64,000 bases of DNA, taken from Halocafeteria seosinensis. Its lineage: Eukaryota. The stretch spans positions 62,001-126,000 of the forward strand of contig LVLI01000080.1 in NCBI GenBank assembly GCA_001687465.1. The letters run 5' to 3'. Both the position numbers and the translations under genes were made by a program. Shown one piece after another: positions 1-11,135 of the stretch (positions are counted from its first letter, which is position 1; every line of letters starts with the position of its first letter). The notes below the pieces were generated by a model. That model made no database searches. It was not told where the DNA came from and was given only the letters and a program-made list of their open reading frames with translations.

Positions 1-842
1 TTTATGTTTGTTATTCTCGCTTATGAGCATTACAACGTGAACGATTATGCCATTGCAGATGCTGACAACAATCCCAAACTGTCTGCCGTTCCATATGAGG
101 CGGCAACAGGGAGGAGCTTTGCATCAGGCTCTTCGTCCGATGTTAACTTGGATAAGAAGGCCGGTAAAGTACAGCCCGAGCGTATACACAACCAATATTC
201 TTCGAATGCCGGCGCTAGCAGTAGCGTGTTTGATGAATATCGGGCTACAAGACGACGGGAAATGCACAGACTGAGGAAAATGGATAAGGAATACTCAGAA
301 AAGGAAGAAGCCGAGTTTGAGAGAAGACGGCGCTTGGAACTGGAGGAGTTAGAACGAGAGAAAACTCGCAAACGCGCAGAAAAGAGGAAACGGAGAAAGA
401 TGAAGAAGAGAGCAGGGAGAGAGGTGGAAAAGATGAAGAAAGCTAAGGGGATGACTGATAGCGGGGAGCCTAAAGACGATGGGGACGAAGAAGAGGAGTT
501 GGAATATGCCAGTACGTAGACATGGCTGACCCGGAAGTAACACGAAACGTAATGAGATACTCCATTGTTGTGTATGCAGTTGATCTTGAGGAACCTGAGA
601 AGGAGTTGCAGAAAGTAGACCCGTCGACCTCAGTTGAGTTTCCGAATGACGGGTCGTTTCTCGAACGCATGAAGCAGCAGCTACATGGATGCTCTTCCTC
701 GAGTGCAGATCATGCGAATGGAGGGTCTTCTGCGTCTGCCCCAGAAGCTGCCGGCGCGTCTGCTGAAACAACCGAAACGAATGGTTCCGCAGAAACTGAA
801 GTTGAACAATCGTCAACGAAACGTGCTAGGACGGCAGAGTAA
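1..842 (+). CDS. PRKRIP1: PRKR-interacting protein 1 / DUF1168-like splicing-associated protein (5'-truncated by the window)
   Basis: Motif SNAGASSSVFDEYRATRRREMHRL...EKTRKRAEKRKRRK is typical of the family. The window probably starts inside an intron (acceptor TTGCAG ending at 58). Intron 512-579 (GTACGT...TGCAG) joins the ORF in frame to the 522-842 ORF. Confidence 0.8.
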
Positions 843-1058
843 GCTATTGTCTCTCACGTGAAACCGAAGTAGTTCCATTGAAGGAAAGAAATGTACATTA
901 ATTCTGCAATAGCTGAAGTAAATCATTTATGTCCCACTCGAGAGTCTCTGACTATCGCTAGCGTTTCGACGGGTTCAAATGGATTCTACGACCTTCACAT
1001 CAGGAATAGTATGTCCAAACTCTCCCATTAGCCTCAAATTACAACCACACTTCAGGAG

Positions 1059-1076
1059 TATATATATATATATATA
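1059..1076. repeat. (TA)n microsatellite
   Basis: TATATATATATATATATA read directly. Confidence 0.9.
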
Positions 1077-1196
1077 CCGTCAATATACGTCAAAATTGAA
1101 TTGTAGTGTGCTATTGAACTTGGTGCTGTCTTCACTGGTACTGTCTGAAGCTCCAGCGTGTCCTGTAAACGACGTTTAACGCACGATTCTAGCAGG

Positions 1197-2567
1197 ATGG
1201 CTAATCGTGGAAGAAGGCCCGGTAGAGCACGTCAGGATGAGCCGAGCACGACTGAAATAGGCCGTCACCATCCCTCCGAACGCGAAGAATATACAGCTGT
1301 CCGGATAAATCCAGGTGCTTTCTCAGCACCCCGAATGGATCTCGTGGATAGTGTGGAGAACGAGAAGCCTGAGGTTCTCCAAACCCGCAGGCATGGAGGA
1401 GCTGCTATGGAAGGCAAGCAAGCAGCAAGTGGAGGAAGGGGTGTAGTTCACGGAAATGCCGGTCCCAGCCGTACAAACCAAAGAAGAGGAAGAGGAGGTG
1501 GTGGAGCTCGCGGAGGAAGAGGACGGCCTCCATCGACTGAAGCAGGTAGACACCAGGGAGCATCCTCCAGGCCCACTTCGGGACCTGGATTAAAACACGC
1601 AGGGGAACACGTTACCGCGTCTACGGTAGGGAGTGTGGGCATTGGAAGTAATTCCAATTCCAGGAAGCATCCTCCATCCAGCCGCGAAGGCGCTCCGGCA
1701 GCAGGCAAACAATCATCCGCTGGTGGCCATTCTGCGATGGAATTACAAGGAGCTAGTGCGGTTAACACGGTGTCTCGAGAATTTACTTCGAAACGATTAG
1801 ATCCACAGAAAAAAGCGGATCCTTTTTCAACCAAAAAAACGCAACCGTATGTCTCACTATGGTGATCTATGTGTATTTATTACAGTGGATCTTTCTTTGT
1901 TCTGCTACAGGGGGGCGTTTCGAGAGGCATATAATAGGTCTTTCCCGGCTAGAATACAACATGGAGGCTCCGGTATCAATAAACTACAGTGGGATGTTCC
2001 GCTTTCCACACTAGACTATAAAACGCTGCTGCCAATCGTGACGAAAGGAATCCCAGAGACGACACACCCGTATTCATTCGTAGCCAGACAAACGTTTTCG
2101 GATATGCTTCAAGCGTTTCCACAAAGAGTGGTACCTGTTTTACCTGACATTGTTCGTCCTCTGAGGGAGGCCTTGATGTCCAATGATGATGACGCGTTCG
2201 GTGGCGGTCTCAAAGCTCTAAGGTAAGTCAGAAGTCACATCTTTGTCTTTGTTCAATTTACAAAGCACGGCTTTCCTTCTCCTATGTTACTGAAACGTGC
2301 AGCGAACTCGCTGTCGCTGTGGGCCCCGAGCTTAATAAGTACCTGTCGAACCTTCTGGTTCCAGTCAGTCGTCGTGCTAACCGAGGGACGTGGCGGGAGA
2401 GAATCAGCGAAGTCCTTCAAGTACGAGATTATTCCCACTGATCAGTTCTCTCTTGTAGCTTTGATTGCGCGTTGGTACCGCAGGTCATTGAAGAGTGTTG
2501 CGGAGTCGAATCAGTAAAAATAATCAAAGCGAAGGTGCCTACGTATAACTCCACTGCTGCTCTCTAA
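1197..2567 (+). CDS. PACRGL: PACRG-like protein with a long Gly/Arg-rich disordered N-terminus
   Basis: FPARIQHGGSGINKLQWDVPLSTLDYKTLLP...ETTHPYSFVARQ and C-terminal IIKAKVPTY match the PACRG/PACRGL family. Introns 1847-1910, 2223-2302 and 2421-2483 keep the frame to TAA at 2565-2567. Confidence 0.85.
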
Positions 2568-3240
2568 ATAAGAGAACGATGAACACACAAACAGTCACTA
2601 TGAAGATATTGTTTGCTGAGCTTAAAGAGTGAGTCGCGACCGAGCGAGGCTCCTGTATGCCTGAACCCTTTGGTGGGGAACCGTCGTAGCATGACCTGGA
2701 TTTACTGATAGTTTGTCCCATCCAATTGCTGCAAAAATCATCCGGCCCCGAAGAAATCGTGTCCAATTTGCCACAAATAATATCGTGAGACGAGCAAGGT
2801 TTTAAGCCGATAGCATCATCCCTTATGAAGAAATCATCCTTGCAAGCATCATACCACTGTCGACAGAAGGAATTGCATACGCCAGCTGACGCCCCGGTGC
2901 CAATAGCAGGATCACAGGTCATGCAAGCAGCATCAAGAAAATAGCTTCTGCAGGATTCCGATAGGCCATCCGCCTCCACCACTGCCGAAACTTTCTTTAG
3001 AACATCTGTGGGTGTGGCAGCGGTGGAGTTGCAGCAAGTCCTGTGTTCGAATTTGGCACACGGGCCTAAACTCTTAGCGCGCTTAACTGGTGGTTTACCA
3101 GAATTAATACACACTTCCTGTTGCCGCTGCCTAAATTGTTGGTGCTTATTTGAACGTCCTGCTTCCACTGCCGTGTAGGTTGGTAGAATCATGCAGCAGA
3201 GTAAGCCAACAATGGCGCAGGAGGGTCGACCCATTTTCAT
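2539..3240 (-). CDS. Folate receptor family protein (Cys-rich, signal peptide, C-terminal hydrophobic anchor)
   Basis: N-terminal signal peptide; Cys pattern C..F...TCC...C...CMTCDP...VCNSFCRQWYDACKDDFF typical of the Folate_rec domain; hydrophobic C-terminal segment. Confidence 0.8.
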   Translation of the reverse strand: MKMGRPSCAIVGLLCCMILPTYTAVEAGRSNKHQQFRQRQQEVCINSGKPPVKRAKSLGPCAKFEHRTCCNSTAATPTDVLKKVSAVVEADGLSESCRSYFLDAACMTCDPAIGTGASAGVCNSFCRQWYDACKDDFFIRDDAIGLKPCSSHDIICGKLDTISSGPDDFCSNWMGQTISKSRSCYDGSPPKGSGIQEPRSVATHSLSSANNIFIVTVCVFIVLLFREQQWSYT

Positions 3241-3385
3241 TCTCGCCTCCCCCGTGGTGAGAATCTCTTTGACTCAATCATGCTTTGGGCTGCTTTCCCG
3301 TTGAAAGAGAGCAGAAACTTGGCGTTGTACAACCGCTGTGTAATTAATCCCTACCTCGGCTTCCAAGCTGTTCCAGCGCGTGGAA

Positions 3386-3409
3386 CCGGGCCTTCGGCCC
3401 GGCCCGGGC
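3386..3409. promoter_or_regulatory. Candidate cis-element CCGGGC-N5-GCCCGG-C-CCGGGC in a bidirectional promoter
   Basis: GC-rich inverted repeat between the divergent folate-receptor and TPR genes; a near-identical element lies at 15513-15535. Confidence 0.35.
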
Positions 3410-3556
3410 GCGTCCGTCAAACTTCCAACATTTTGAAAGAAAGAGGACGTCTTAGGGCCGATTTGATGCGTCTCAGGCCCAGTATGACCCAAAACAGATG
3501 TATGGATCGAATAGAGTTAGTAATAGGTTAGGTATTACTATCCAATTGGTAGGCGT

Positions 3557-6500
3557 ATGCCTACTACGAGGAGTGAGATAGCAGCACAGGAATTAGGTGC
3601 TGCCAACAACGGGAATTCCGGCAGCTCGGATACCTCTGTTGCTTGCTCTATACCAGCTTCTGCTTCGATAAGCACTATGAGTGCTGCGTCTACTGGATCA
3701 GTCTCCCAGAAAAATAGCTCAGTGGCATCAAGTGCTCCGACTGCAGTTACTCGACTTACAGCCCAAACGAACGGAAATTCAAAAGTGGCTACCCAAAATG
3801 GAACTACCTCTGTTGCGACGACTCAAAATGGATACAAAACACCCTCTACAAACAATTTAGCAAGCACCACTGACGAATCAGAGAGCAGTGCTACAACCGG
3901 AAACGAGAACGGTGCCGCTTCCCCGATGTCTAAAGAGAAGGAGCGAGCGGAGGAATTTTACCGTTTAGGAGAAGAAGAAGCCGACAAAGGGAAGTATAAA
4001 AATGCAGTTATCTACTACCGGCAAGCATTGATGATTGATCCGCGGGATACAAACTACTACACTGCTATCTCTGAGGCTTACTCCCAAATGGGAGAGACCG
4101 ACGCCGCTCTACAGTGGTCCAACTCAGCACTCAAGCTAGATGATAAAGACCCTGTCCTTCATTTCAATCGGGGAGATATATTGTATTACGAGATTTCTTC
4201 GAAGCAGTCGTCATCTTGGTCAGTCAGACAAGCTCTCGAATCCTATAACAAAGCTCTGGAGTTAGATCCGTCGGACCCTGACTTTTACAATGGCAAAGCA
4301 TTAGTCCTTTCACATCTCGAAGATTACGACGCAGCACTACGATGTTTCGATCAATCCATTGCCCTCAATCCCGAAAATTCAGTTTATCACTTTAATAAAG
4401 GGGGGATGGAAATGAAACGACTTCGTTATAATGAAGCGAAGCAAAGCTACGAACGTGGCATTGAGGCAGATCCGCAGGATTCCACTTGCTATGAAGGTAA
4501 AGGGATTGCAGAAGAAGCGTTAGGCAAGCTTGACCAATCTTTGAGCAGTTTTGATTCGGTCCTTCGTCTTGACCCTTCCAATAAAGTAGCCCATTCGCGA
4601 AAGGCCCGCATTTTGTATAAACTGGGAAGAATAGATGATGCAATGGCCTCCTTTGACAAGCTCATTCAGATGGGGTCCACCGAAGTGGCACCATACTTCG
4701 GAAAGGGAAACTGTTGTTTCCGAAAGGGTCAATTCAAGCAGGCGATTTCTTATTATGATAAAGCATTGAAGATCAATCCCAAGAGCAAGTTCTTGCTCAC
4801 CTCCAAAGGCCAAGCTCTTTCTGGTCTCTGCCGGTACGATTCCGCGGAAGTCTTTCTAAACGAAGCCCTTCGAATAGATAATAACTACAGCGTTGCCTTG
4901 TTTCATAAAGGAGAGTGTTGCCGGAAACAGCGCAGGTTCGATGATGCAGTTACGTATTTTACAAAAGCCTTAGCTGCTGAGCCGTCGTACATAGATGCCC
5001 GTGAGAGTTTATCCATGGTCTACCAAGAGCAAGGGCATATCAATGCTGCCTTGCAATGCCTGAACAAGGGGCTACAAACTCATCCTCGAAACTTTCGTTT
5101 TTTGATTAGGAAAGGAGAGGTATACTTTTCTCGTCGAAAGTATGATGCGGCGAACAATTGCTATTCTCGTGTTTTAGAGGTGCAACCATCGTGTGCTCGA
5201 GCTCTCCACAGGAAGGGTGAGACCTTAAGGGCTAAGGGTTTGTTAAAGGATGCGGAGAACAGGTTCCGGGACGCACTTCGTGCCGACCCGGAGCATATGC
5301 AGACATACGAGACGCTTGCTTCCTTATACCTCAAACAAGGACGACGCCACGATGCTTTTCAGTTGATCGATGATGCGCTCAACAAATTTCCAATCCGAAA
5401 GGAGTTGCATCTCTACAAGGGGAACCTCCACTTTCACACTCGCGATTACCGATTGGCAATACGGTGCTACGATACATGCTTAAAGCTCGATGCGTCGTGT
5501 GCTGACGTTTTCTTTAGAAGAGGGGAGGCGTTTCGTCATTTAAAACAGTTTACGGAAGCTGTGTTTGAGTACGGAAGGGCCGTCGAAGCCAACCCCTACT
5601 TGAGCGATGCTTATATCGGAAAGGGCTTGGGACTGCACGGATTAAAGCGGTACCCTGAGGCTGTCACAGCATATCATCGGGCTATAAGGTTGCGTCCCCA
5701 CAGTCACCGCGCTCAGTACTATAAAGGCATGGCGTACATGGCGAGGGGCTCTCCCACTGATGCGTTGCCCTGCTTTAACAGGAGCATAGAGCATAATCCT
5801 CGTTTCGAGAACGCATACTTGAAGAAAGCAGAGGCTCTGTCTTTATCGAAAGAGAGTGTTGACAAAGTCGTTCGCTGTTATGATCAATGTATTGAAGCTG
5901 TGCCGTTTTCCAAAAAGGCGCATTATCAGAAAGGAAAAGCCTTGATGAAGGCAGGTCGGCACCCCGTAGCCCTGGAGGCTCTTGAGCGAAGAATCACTTT
6001 GGGACAGCCGCTCGCCTCAGCGTACTTAAGGAAAGGACGTACTTTGGTCCACTTGGGACGATTAGAAGAGGCATTAGCTTGCTTCGACCAATGCTTGATT
6101 CATAGCCCACAATGTAAGGGTGCTATGAGGCGGAAACAGTCTGTGCTTCGACGATTACGACGTGACAAACTTGAAAAGAGTAGCGATGTCTCACCGAGCA
6201 GCCCTTCAAACGTCGGAGACAGCAAGTATAACTCAACGATTCTTTCCGCTTCAAGGATGTCCCCAGCTCTCACTGAACAGTTTTCCCCAGGGGAGGTCTC
6301 CTCCAAGGCTTCGGGGTATCCGTCAGTCTCTCCATATACAGGCAATCCATCCACTCCGAGTTCTTCCTTCGAAACGGCATCAGTACCTTCAAAAGTCCAC
6401 AATCTGATCTCCGCAATCCGAAGACAAGAGTTTCCAACTATTCGCGCAATCGCTAAGAACGAGTTCCTAAACCATCCATATGAAGGAACAACGATCATGC

Positions 6501-6922
6501 ACTACCTCGTGAGCAACATGCGAGGGAACTTGCTTGGTCTCACTTCGGCTTTGAAGCCGCTTCCGTTCCGCCTTGATTCTCAGGACAAGGAGGGTAAGAC
6601 AATTCTGCATATTGCTCTTGAAAGAGACAAGCCGGAATTGGTACTGAACTTGTTGAAGGAAGGAGCTAACCCGGATATCGTGGATAATTTTGGTGTGACT
6701 GCTCGTAGTCGTATCAGGAACTCAGTTGATGGGAGACTCACAAAGCATCTTCCGCCAGCGACAAAAACTCCTCAGCGAGACATCTATGCAGCGGGTGCGC
6801 TGGCAAATACCCCGCTGTTCAAGTCTGCTGAGGGTAAACGCCCCCGCAATTGGTACGAATTACTTCCGAGAGGAAAAGAACAGCGAACGGAAGATCCATC
6901 GCCGGCACTGGCCTTCCTGTAG
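3557..6922 (+). CDS. TPR-repeat protein (about 20 TPRs) with C-terminal ankyrin repeats
   Basis: Single 1121-aa ORF with repeated A...Y/F.KAL.L.P TPR consensus, followed by QDKEGKTILHIAL...GANPDIVDNFG (ankyrin); Ser/Thr-rich N-terminus. Confidence 0.85.
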   Translation: MPTTRSEIAAQELGAANNGNSGSSDTSVACSIPASASISTMSAASTGSVSQKNSSVASSAPTAVTRLTAQTNGNSKVATQNGTTSVATTQNGYKTPSTNNLASTTDESESSATTGNENGAASPMSKEKERAEEFYRLGEEEADKGKYKNAVIYYRQALMIDPRDTNYYTAISEAYSQMGETDAALQWSNSALKLDDKDPVLHFNRGDILYYEISSKQSSSWSVRQALESYNKALELDPSDPDFYNGKALVLSHLEDYDAALRCFDQSIALNPENSVYHFNKGGMEMKRLRYNEAKQSYERGIEADPQDSTCYEGKGIAEEALGKLDQSLSSFDSVLRLDPSNKVAHSRKARILYKLGRIDDAMASFDKLIQMGSTEVAPYFGKGNCCFRKGQFKQAISYYDKALKINPKSKFLLTSKGQALSGLCRYDSAEVFLNEALRIDNNYSVALFHKGECCRKQRRFDDAVTYFTKALAAEPSYIDARESLSMVYQEQGHINAALQCLNKGLQTHPRNFRFLIRKGEVYFSRRKYDAANNCYSRVLEVQPSCARALHRKGETLRAKGLLKDAENRFRDALRADPEHMQTYETLASLYLKQGRRHDAFQLIDDALNKFPIRKELHLYKGNLHFHTRDYRLAIRCYDTCLKLDASCADVFFRRGEAFRHLKQFTEAVFEYGRAVEANPYLSDAYIGKGLGLHGLKRYPEAVTAYHRAIRLRPHSHRAQYYKGMAYMARGSPTDALPCFNRSIEHNPRFENAYLKKAEALSLSKESVDKVVRCYDQCIEAVPFSKKAHYQKGKALMKAGRHPVALEALERRITLGQPLASAYLRKGRTLVHLGRLEEALACFDQCLIHSPQCKGAMRRKQSVLRRLRRDKLEKSSDVSPSSPSNVGDSKYNSTILSASRMSPALTEQFSPGEVSSKASGYPSVSPYTGNPSTPSSSFETASVPSKVHNLISAIRRQEFPTIRAIAKNEFLNHPYEGTTIMHYLVSNMRGNLLGLTSALKPLPFRLDSQDKEGKTILHIALERDKPELVLNLLKEGANPDIVDNFGVTARSRIRNSVDGRLTKHLPPATKTPQRDIYAAGALANTPLFKSAEGKRPRNWYELLPRGKEQRTEDPSPALAFL

Positions 6923-7830
6923 TGTCAAGGATAATCATTTGATATTTCTTTTCGCCGCTGCCTATCAAAATAGCCGTCTACAATACCGTGAGTTCTAGCG
7001 ACTAGCGGCTGTTGTGTTCATGCTGTTAAGCGTATGGCCTGTGTGCTGTCGTTTTGCCAAATAGATTAGCTGGGCCGACTTGCCAGCGGGTGAAGTTTGT
7101 ACAGCCACTCCATGATTTTTATCAGGAACGCTAATCGGTTTGCTGTCAAGCAACAGATACTGTTGTGTTCAATTGAAGAAGATACAAGGATAGCAGTGTT
7201 TTGGTGTCCTATACTAGAGGTTCTTACAGAGAATATACATGCATACAACACCCTATGTGTCAAAAGGTTTTACGACAGGTATGGGTTGGAGGGCTCCCCC
7301 TTAAGCACTCATGCATACAGTGTTGTAATGTCGATTGAGTGTGTCACAATTCCGCACAAGTAAGGGACGCAACGCTAGTTCCCTTACCAACTATGAATCT
7401 CGTGGCTTTCCTCTATAGCAGCTTGTTACTTGCTCCGTGCCAGTTCTGGTTGCCACCATCGACACGTGCTGCGGAATTCTTAATCCGTGGAAAGTTCCCA
7501 AAGCCACGTGTTCGTTCAACACTTCCTCCGACCTTGAAGTTGGGCACCCTTTTTGTGCCCTCTGCAGACCCCCTGGGACTACCCCGAGCAGCAGTATCTA
7601 GAATTCTGCAGTTATTGATAACCACTGCATTCGTCTACATTAAACGAGGACCGAATTTGTTAGAAGTTAACCAGGTAATCTAGTTGAACGAAAAGACGTG
7701 TAATTCATACGGATATCGTACGAAAAGTTATCCGAAATTCTCTGTTTCTGGAATTTCCCCTTCTGTGGAGAGGCATTCCTTCTGTATAAGCGTATTTTCG
7801 TCCCAGACCAACAGGACATCTTCATAGAAT

Positions 7831-10800
7831 ATGTTATCCGCTGGTGGGAAGAAAGGAAAGCCACGTGTCGATGACGATGAAGGTGATGGACATCCTGGAA
7901 CCCCCCAATTCGAAGTTGATGAACTTCGTAAATTAGAGCATCGAGATGTTGTCCAATTAGGAGGTCCCATTGCAATAGCTGAGATGCTGGGTGTTCAGGA
8001 TATTAAGCACGGTCTCAACTCTGCCGATGTGGAAAAAAATCGCTCCACGTATGGCAAGAATGAGCTTCCGACAAAGCAACCCCGAGGATTCGTGTCGCAT
8101 CTGATGGAATCTTTTGAGGATGCAACATTGATCATCCTCATAGTTAGCGCCGTTGTTAGTATAGCTTTCGGGCTGTGGACATCGTACGTTTATTGCATGC
8201 CTTATGGGTGCCATGCAACCTCTATATTGTGATTGTAACTTGTCTCATCTACTTGCTGCAGGGACGAAACAGAGCTCATCCAAGGGGTGGCAATCCTAAT
8301 AGGTATGCTCGGATACTCTTTGATACTATTGATATCCACTTGACCTAGTTTAGGGTGTGGTGTCCTCTGCAGCCATTGTCATCGTGTCGGGCGTGACCAG
8401 TGTTCAGAATTGGTCGAAAGACAAAGAGTTCGCAAGTTTATCAGAGATAAAGGCCGATAGACCAGTTTATGTTGTTCGTGATGGTCACGAGCGTGAAGTT
8501 TCCATTAAGGAAATTGTTGTCGGGGACATTATCACCTTCAACGTAGGTGATTCGCTTCCTTGTGACGGGGTCCTGGTCGATGGACATCAAGTGCAATGCG
8601 ACGAGTCAGACATGACTGGCGAATCGATGCCACGGCGCAAGGGTCCCCGAGATTGCATACTATGGGGTGGGTGCAAGATAATCGAAGGTGATGGGCACTT
8701 ACTTGCTACAAGTGTCGGAGAAAATAGTCAATACGGAGAGATTGTGAAGAGCCTTGAGCAAGGAGATCCTCCTCCTACACCACTTCAAGAAAAGCTCGAG
8801 GTGCTCGCTGAACAGATTGGTTATCTCGGCATGGCTTGTGGTACCCTGACCTCTGTAGCATTAACGGTCATGTGGGCACGAGAAGTTGAAGACTTCAGTA
8901 ACGCCGACTATACGGAGGTATTGTCTTTCTTTATAGTCGGACTCTCAATTGTCGTCGTTGCCGTCCCTGAAGGTCTACCGCTAGCGGTGACTATCTCACT
9001 AGCATTCTCCATGAGGAAGGTAAGAACAGTTGAGTTACTCTTTGTAGATTGTTTCAACACGTCATTCGGAATGTTTCTGCTCCAGATGTTGAAAGACAAG
9101 AACCTTGTCCGCGAGTTAAAGTCTTGTGAAACCATGGGATCGGCCACTTGCATTTGTTCGGACAAGACCGGCACGCTTACAGAGAACAGAATGACAGTGG
9201 CTACAGGTCTGTTTTTTGGCAGATCATTTTCTATGGATCACTTTAACCAAGTGAAGGGTTACCTGGACCCAGGGTCCTTGAATAGACTTATCCATGCGAT
9301 TGCATACAACTCCACTGCACGCGTTGAATGGGATGGTCATGATAACGTCGAGTACAAGGGAAACAAGACAGAAGGCGCACTACTTTACATGATAATGAAG
9401 GATTTTAAGGAAGATCCGCGCGAGCACTGCAGCGACGAACATATTGTCTACCGGCAGTCCTTCTCTTCGGAACGTAAAACAATGCTGACGGTGGTATCCA
9501 GTGAAGCTGAGGACCAAAGCGGCCATTATTTTGTCTATGTTAAAGGGGCAGGCGAAAACATTCTCCCTCATTGCAGTACCTTGCAGAAGACTCATGGGCA
9601 GACATCCAAGTTAACTGAAGAAATGAGGTATAACTATCTAGAGCAGATGAATGACATGGCACGTGGCGGAAACCGGACGCTTGCCGTTGCATACAAGAGA
9701 GTGGAAAAATCTAAGCTTCCTTCGTACTTGCAAACTGCGCTCACAAGTCAGGATGCACAGACAATCGAGGATGCCTGGGATCGCTTTAATAAAGAAGGGA
9801 TGCTTGAAAACAACCTGACTTGCATTGCGCTGTTAGGTATCCGCGATCCTATCAGAGAAGAAGTGCCGTCCGCAGTGAAGCAATGCATGCGTGCGGGCAT
9901 CCGTGTCATCATGGTAACTGGAGACAATATGTTGACGGCCAAAAGCATCGGTAGCCAATGTAGCATATATAAGCCGGGAACGACCGACCTATGTATGGAG
10001 GGAGCCGATTTCAGGGAGTTGGAACACGATGATCGTCTGGAAGCTGCCAGGACGCTTCACATTCTAGCGCGCAGTAGCCCACAGGATAAGCTGTTACTAG
10101 TGCAAGCCTTACGAGAACTAGGAGAAATTGTTGCCGTTACGGGAGATGGTACGAACGACGCTCCTGCTCTAAAAGCCGCACATGTGGGCCTTAGCATGGG
10201 TATTGCAGGAACCGAAGTCGCCAAAGAGGCATCTGATATAATCATTCTTGATGACAACTTTGCTTCTATTGTACTCAGTGTGCGGTGGGGAAGGGCCATT
10301 ATGGAGAATATTCGTAAATTCTTGACTTTCCAGCTAACAATCAATCTTGTTGCGTTGACGATTACATTTTTGGTTGCTTGTACACATCGGGGGTCAACCG
10401 AACAGCTTCCATTGACGCCGGTGCAGCTGTTATGGATAAACCTCATCATGGATTCCTTTGCCGCCTTAGCGCTGGCTACTGAGCCTCCATCGCATGAACT
10501 TCTCGGCCGAAAACCGGAAGGACGCAATGTTGGGTTAATCACCCCACTGATGTGGAAGAACCTTGTAGGACATGCTATGTTCCAAACAGGGTTGTTGCTG
10601 GTTCTCACTATGACCCAATCGATGCTCTCATTCTTCAACCTTACTGAAGATGATTACTCAAAGCGGCCGCATTATACGGTCGTATTCAACGTGTTCGTAC
10701 TGATGAATGTGTTCAATATGTTGAACTGTCGCAAAGTGCATGATGAGATGAAGATATGGGAGCACTTAACATCTTCCTACTTTCTAGAAACGATCCTCAC

Positions 10801-11083
10801 AGTAATTGTGTCTATGCAATTTGTGATTGTGCAATTCGGTGGAGAGATCACCCAGACAACACCTTTGTCCTTTACTCAGTGGCGGAATTGCGTCTTGCTG
10901 GGGGCGTTATCTATCCCTGTCGGCTTTCTCTTGAAACTCATCCCAATCGAGGAAGGAATTGCTGGTGACTCCACTAAAGGTACCTCATTTATTGGGGCGC
11001 TTTCCGGTTCGACAAATGATGACATGACTCCCTTCCCGGAGTCCACTGAGGAAGATGATCAGGACTCTAACAAAAGCGACTAA
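7831..11083 (+). CDS. P-type IIB (PMCA/ACA-like) calcium-transporting ATPase
   Basis: DESDMTGES, VVAVPEGLPLAVT, CSDKTGTLT (phosphorylation site), TGDN, TGDGTNDAPAL and QLLWINLIMDSFAALALATEPP motifs; three GT-AG introns near 8184-8261, 8303-8371 and 9020-9085. Confidence 0.95.
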
Positions 11084-11135
11084 GCGACTAGGGCTGATAC
11101 ATCCCAATGCATGGTTCTGCGTTCCTCGGTTAAGC

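Noticed and set aside
10057..10638. Long antisense or alternate-frame ORFs (e.g. 10057-10638, 24829-25476, 41022-41555, 59181-59651)
   Set aside because: These are shadows of well-supported genes on the opposite strand and have no independent family signal.
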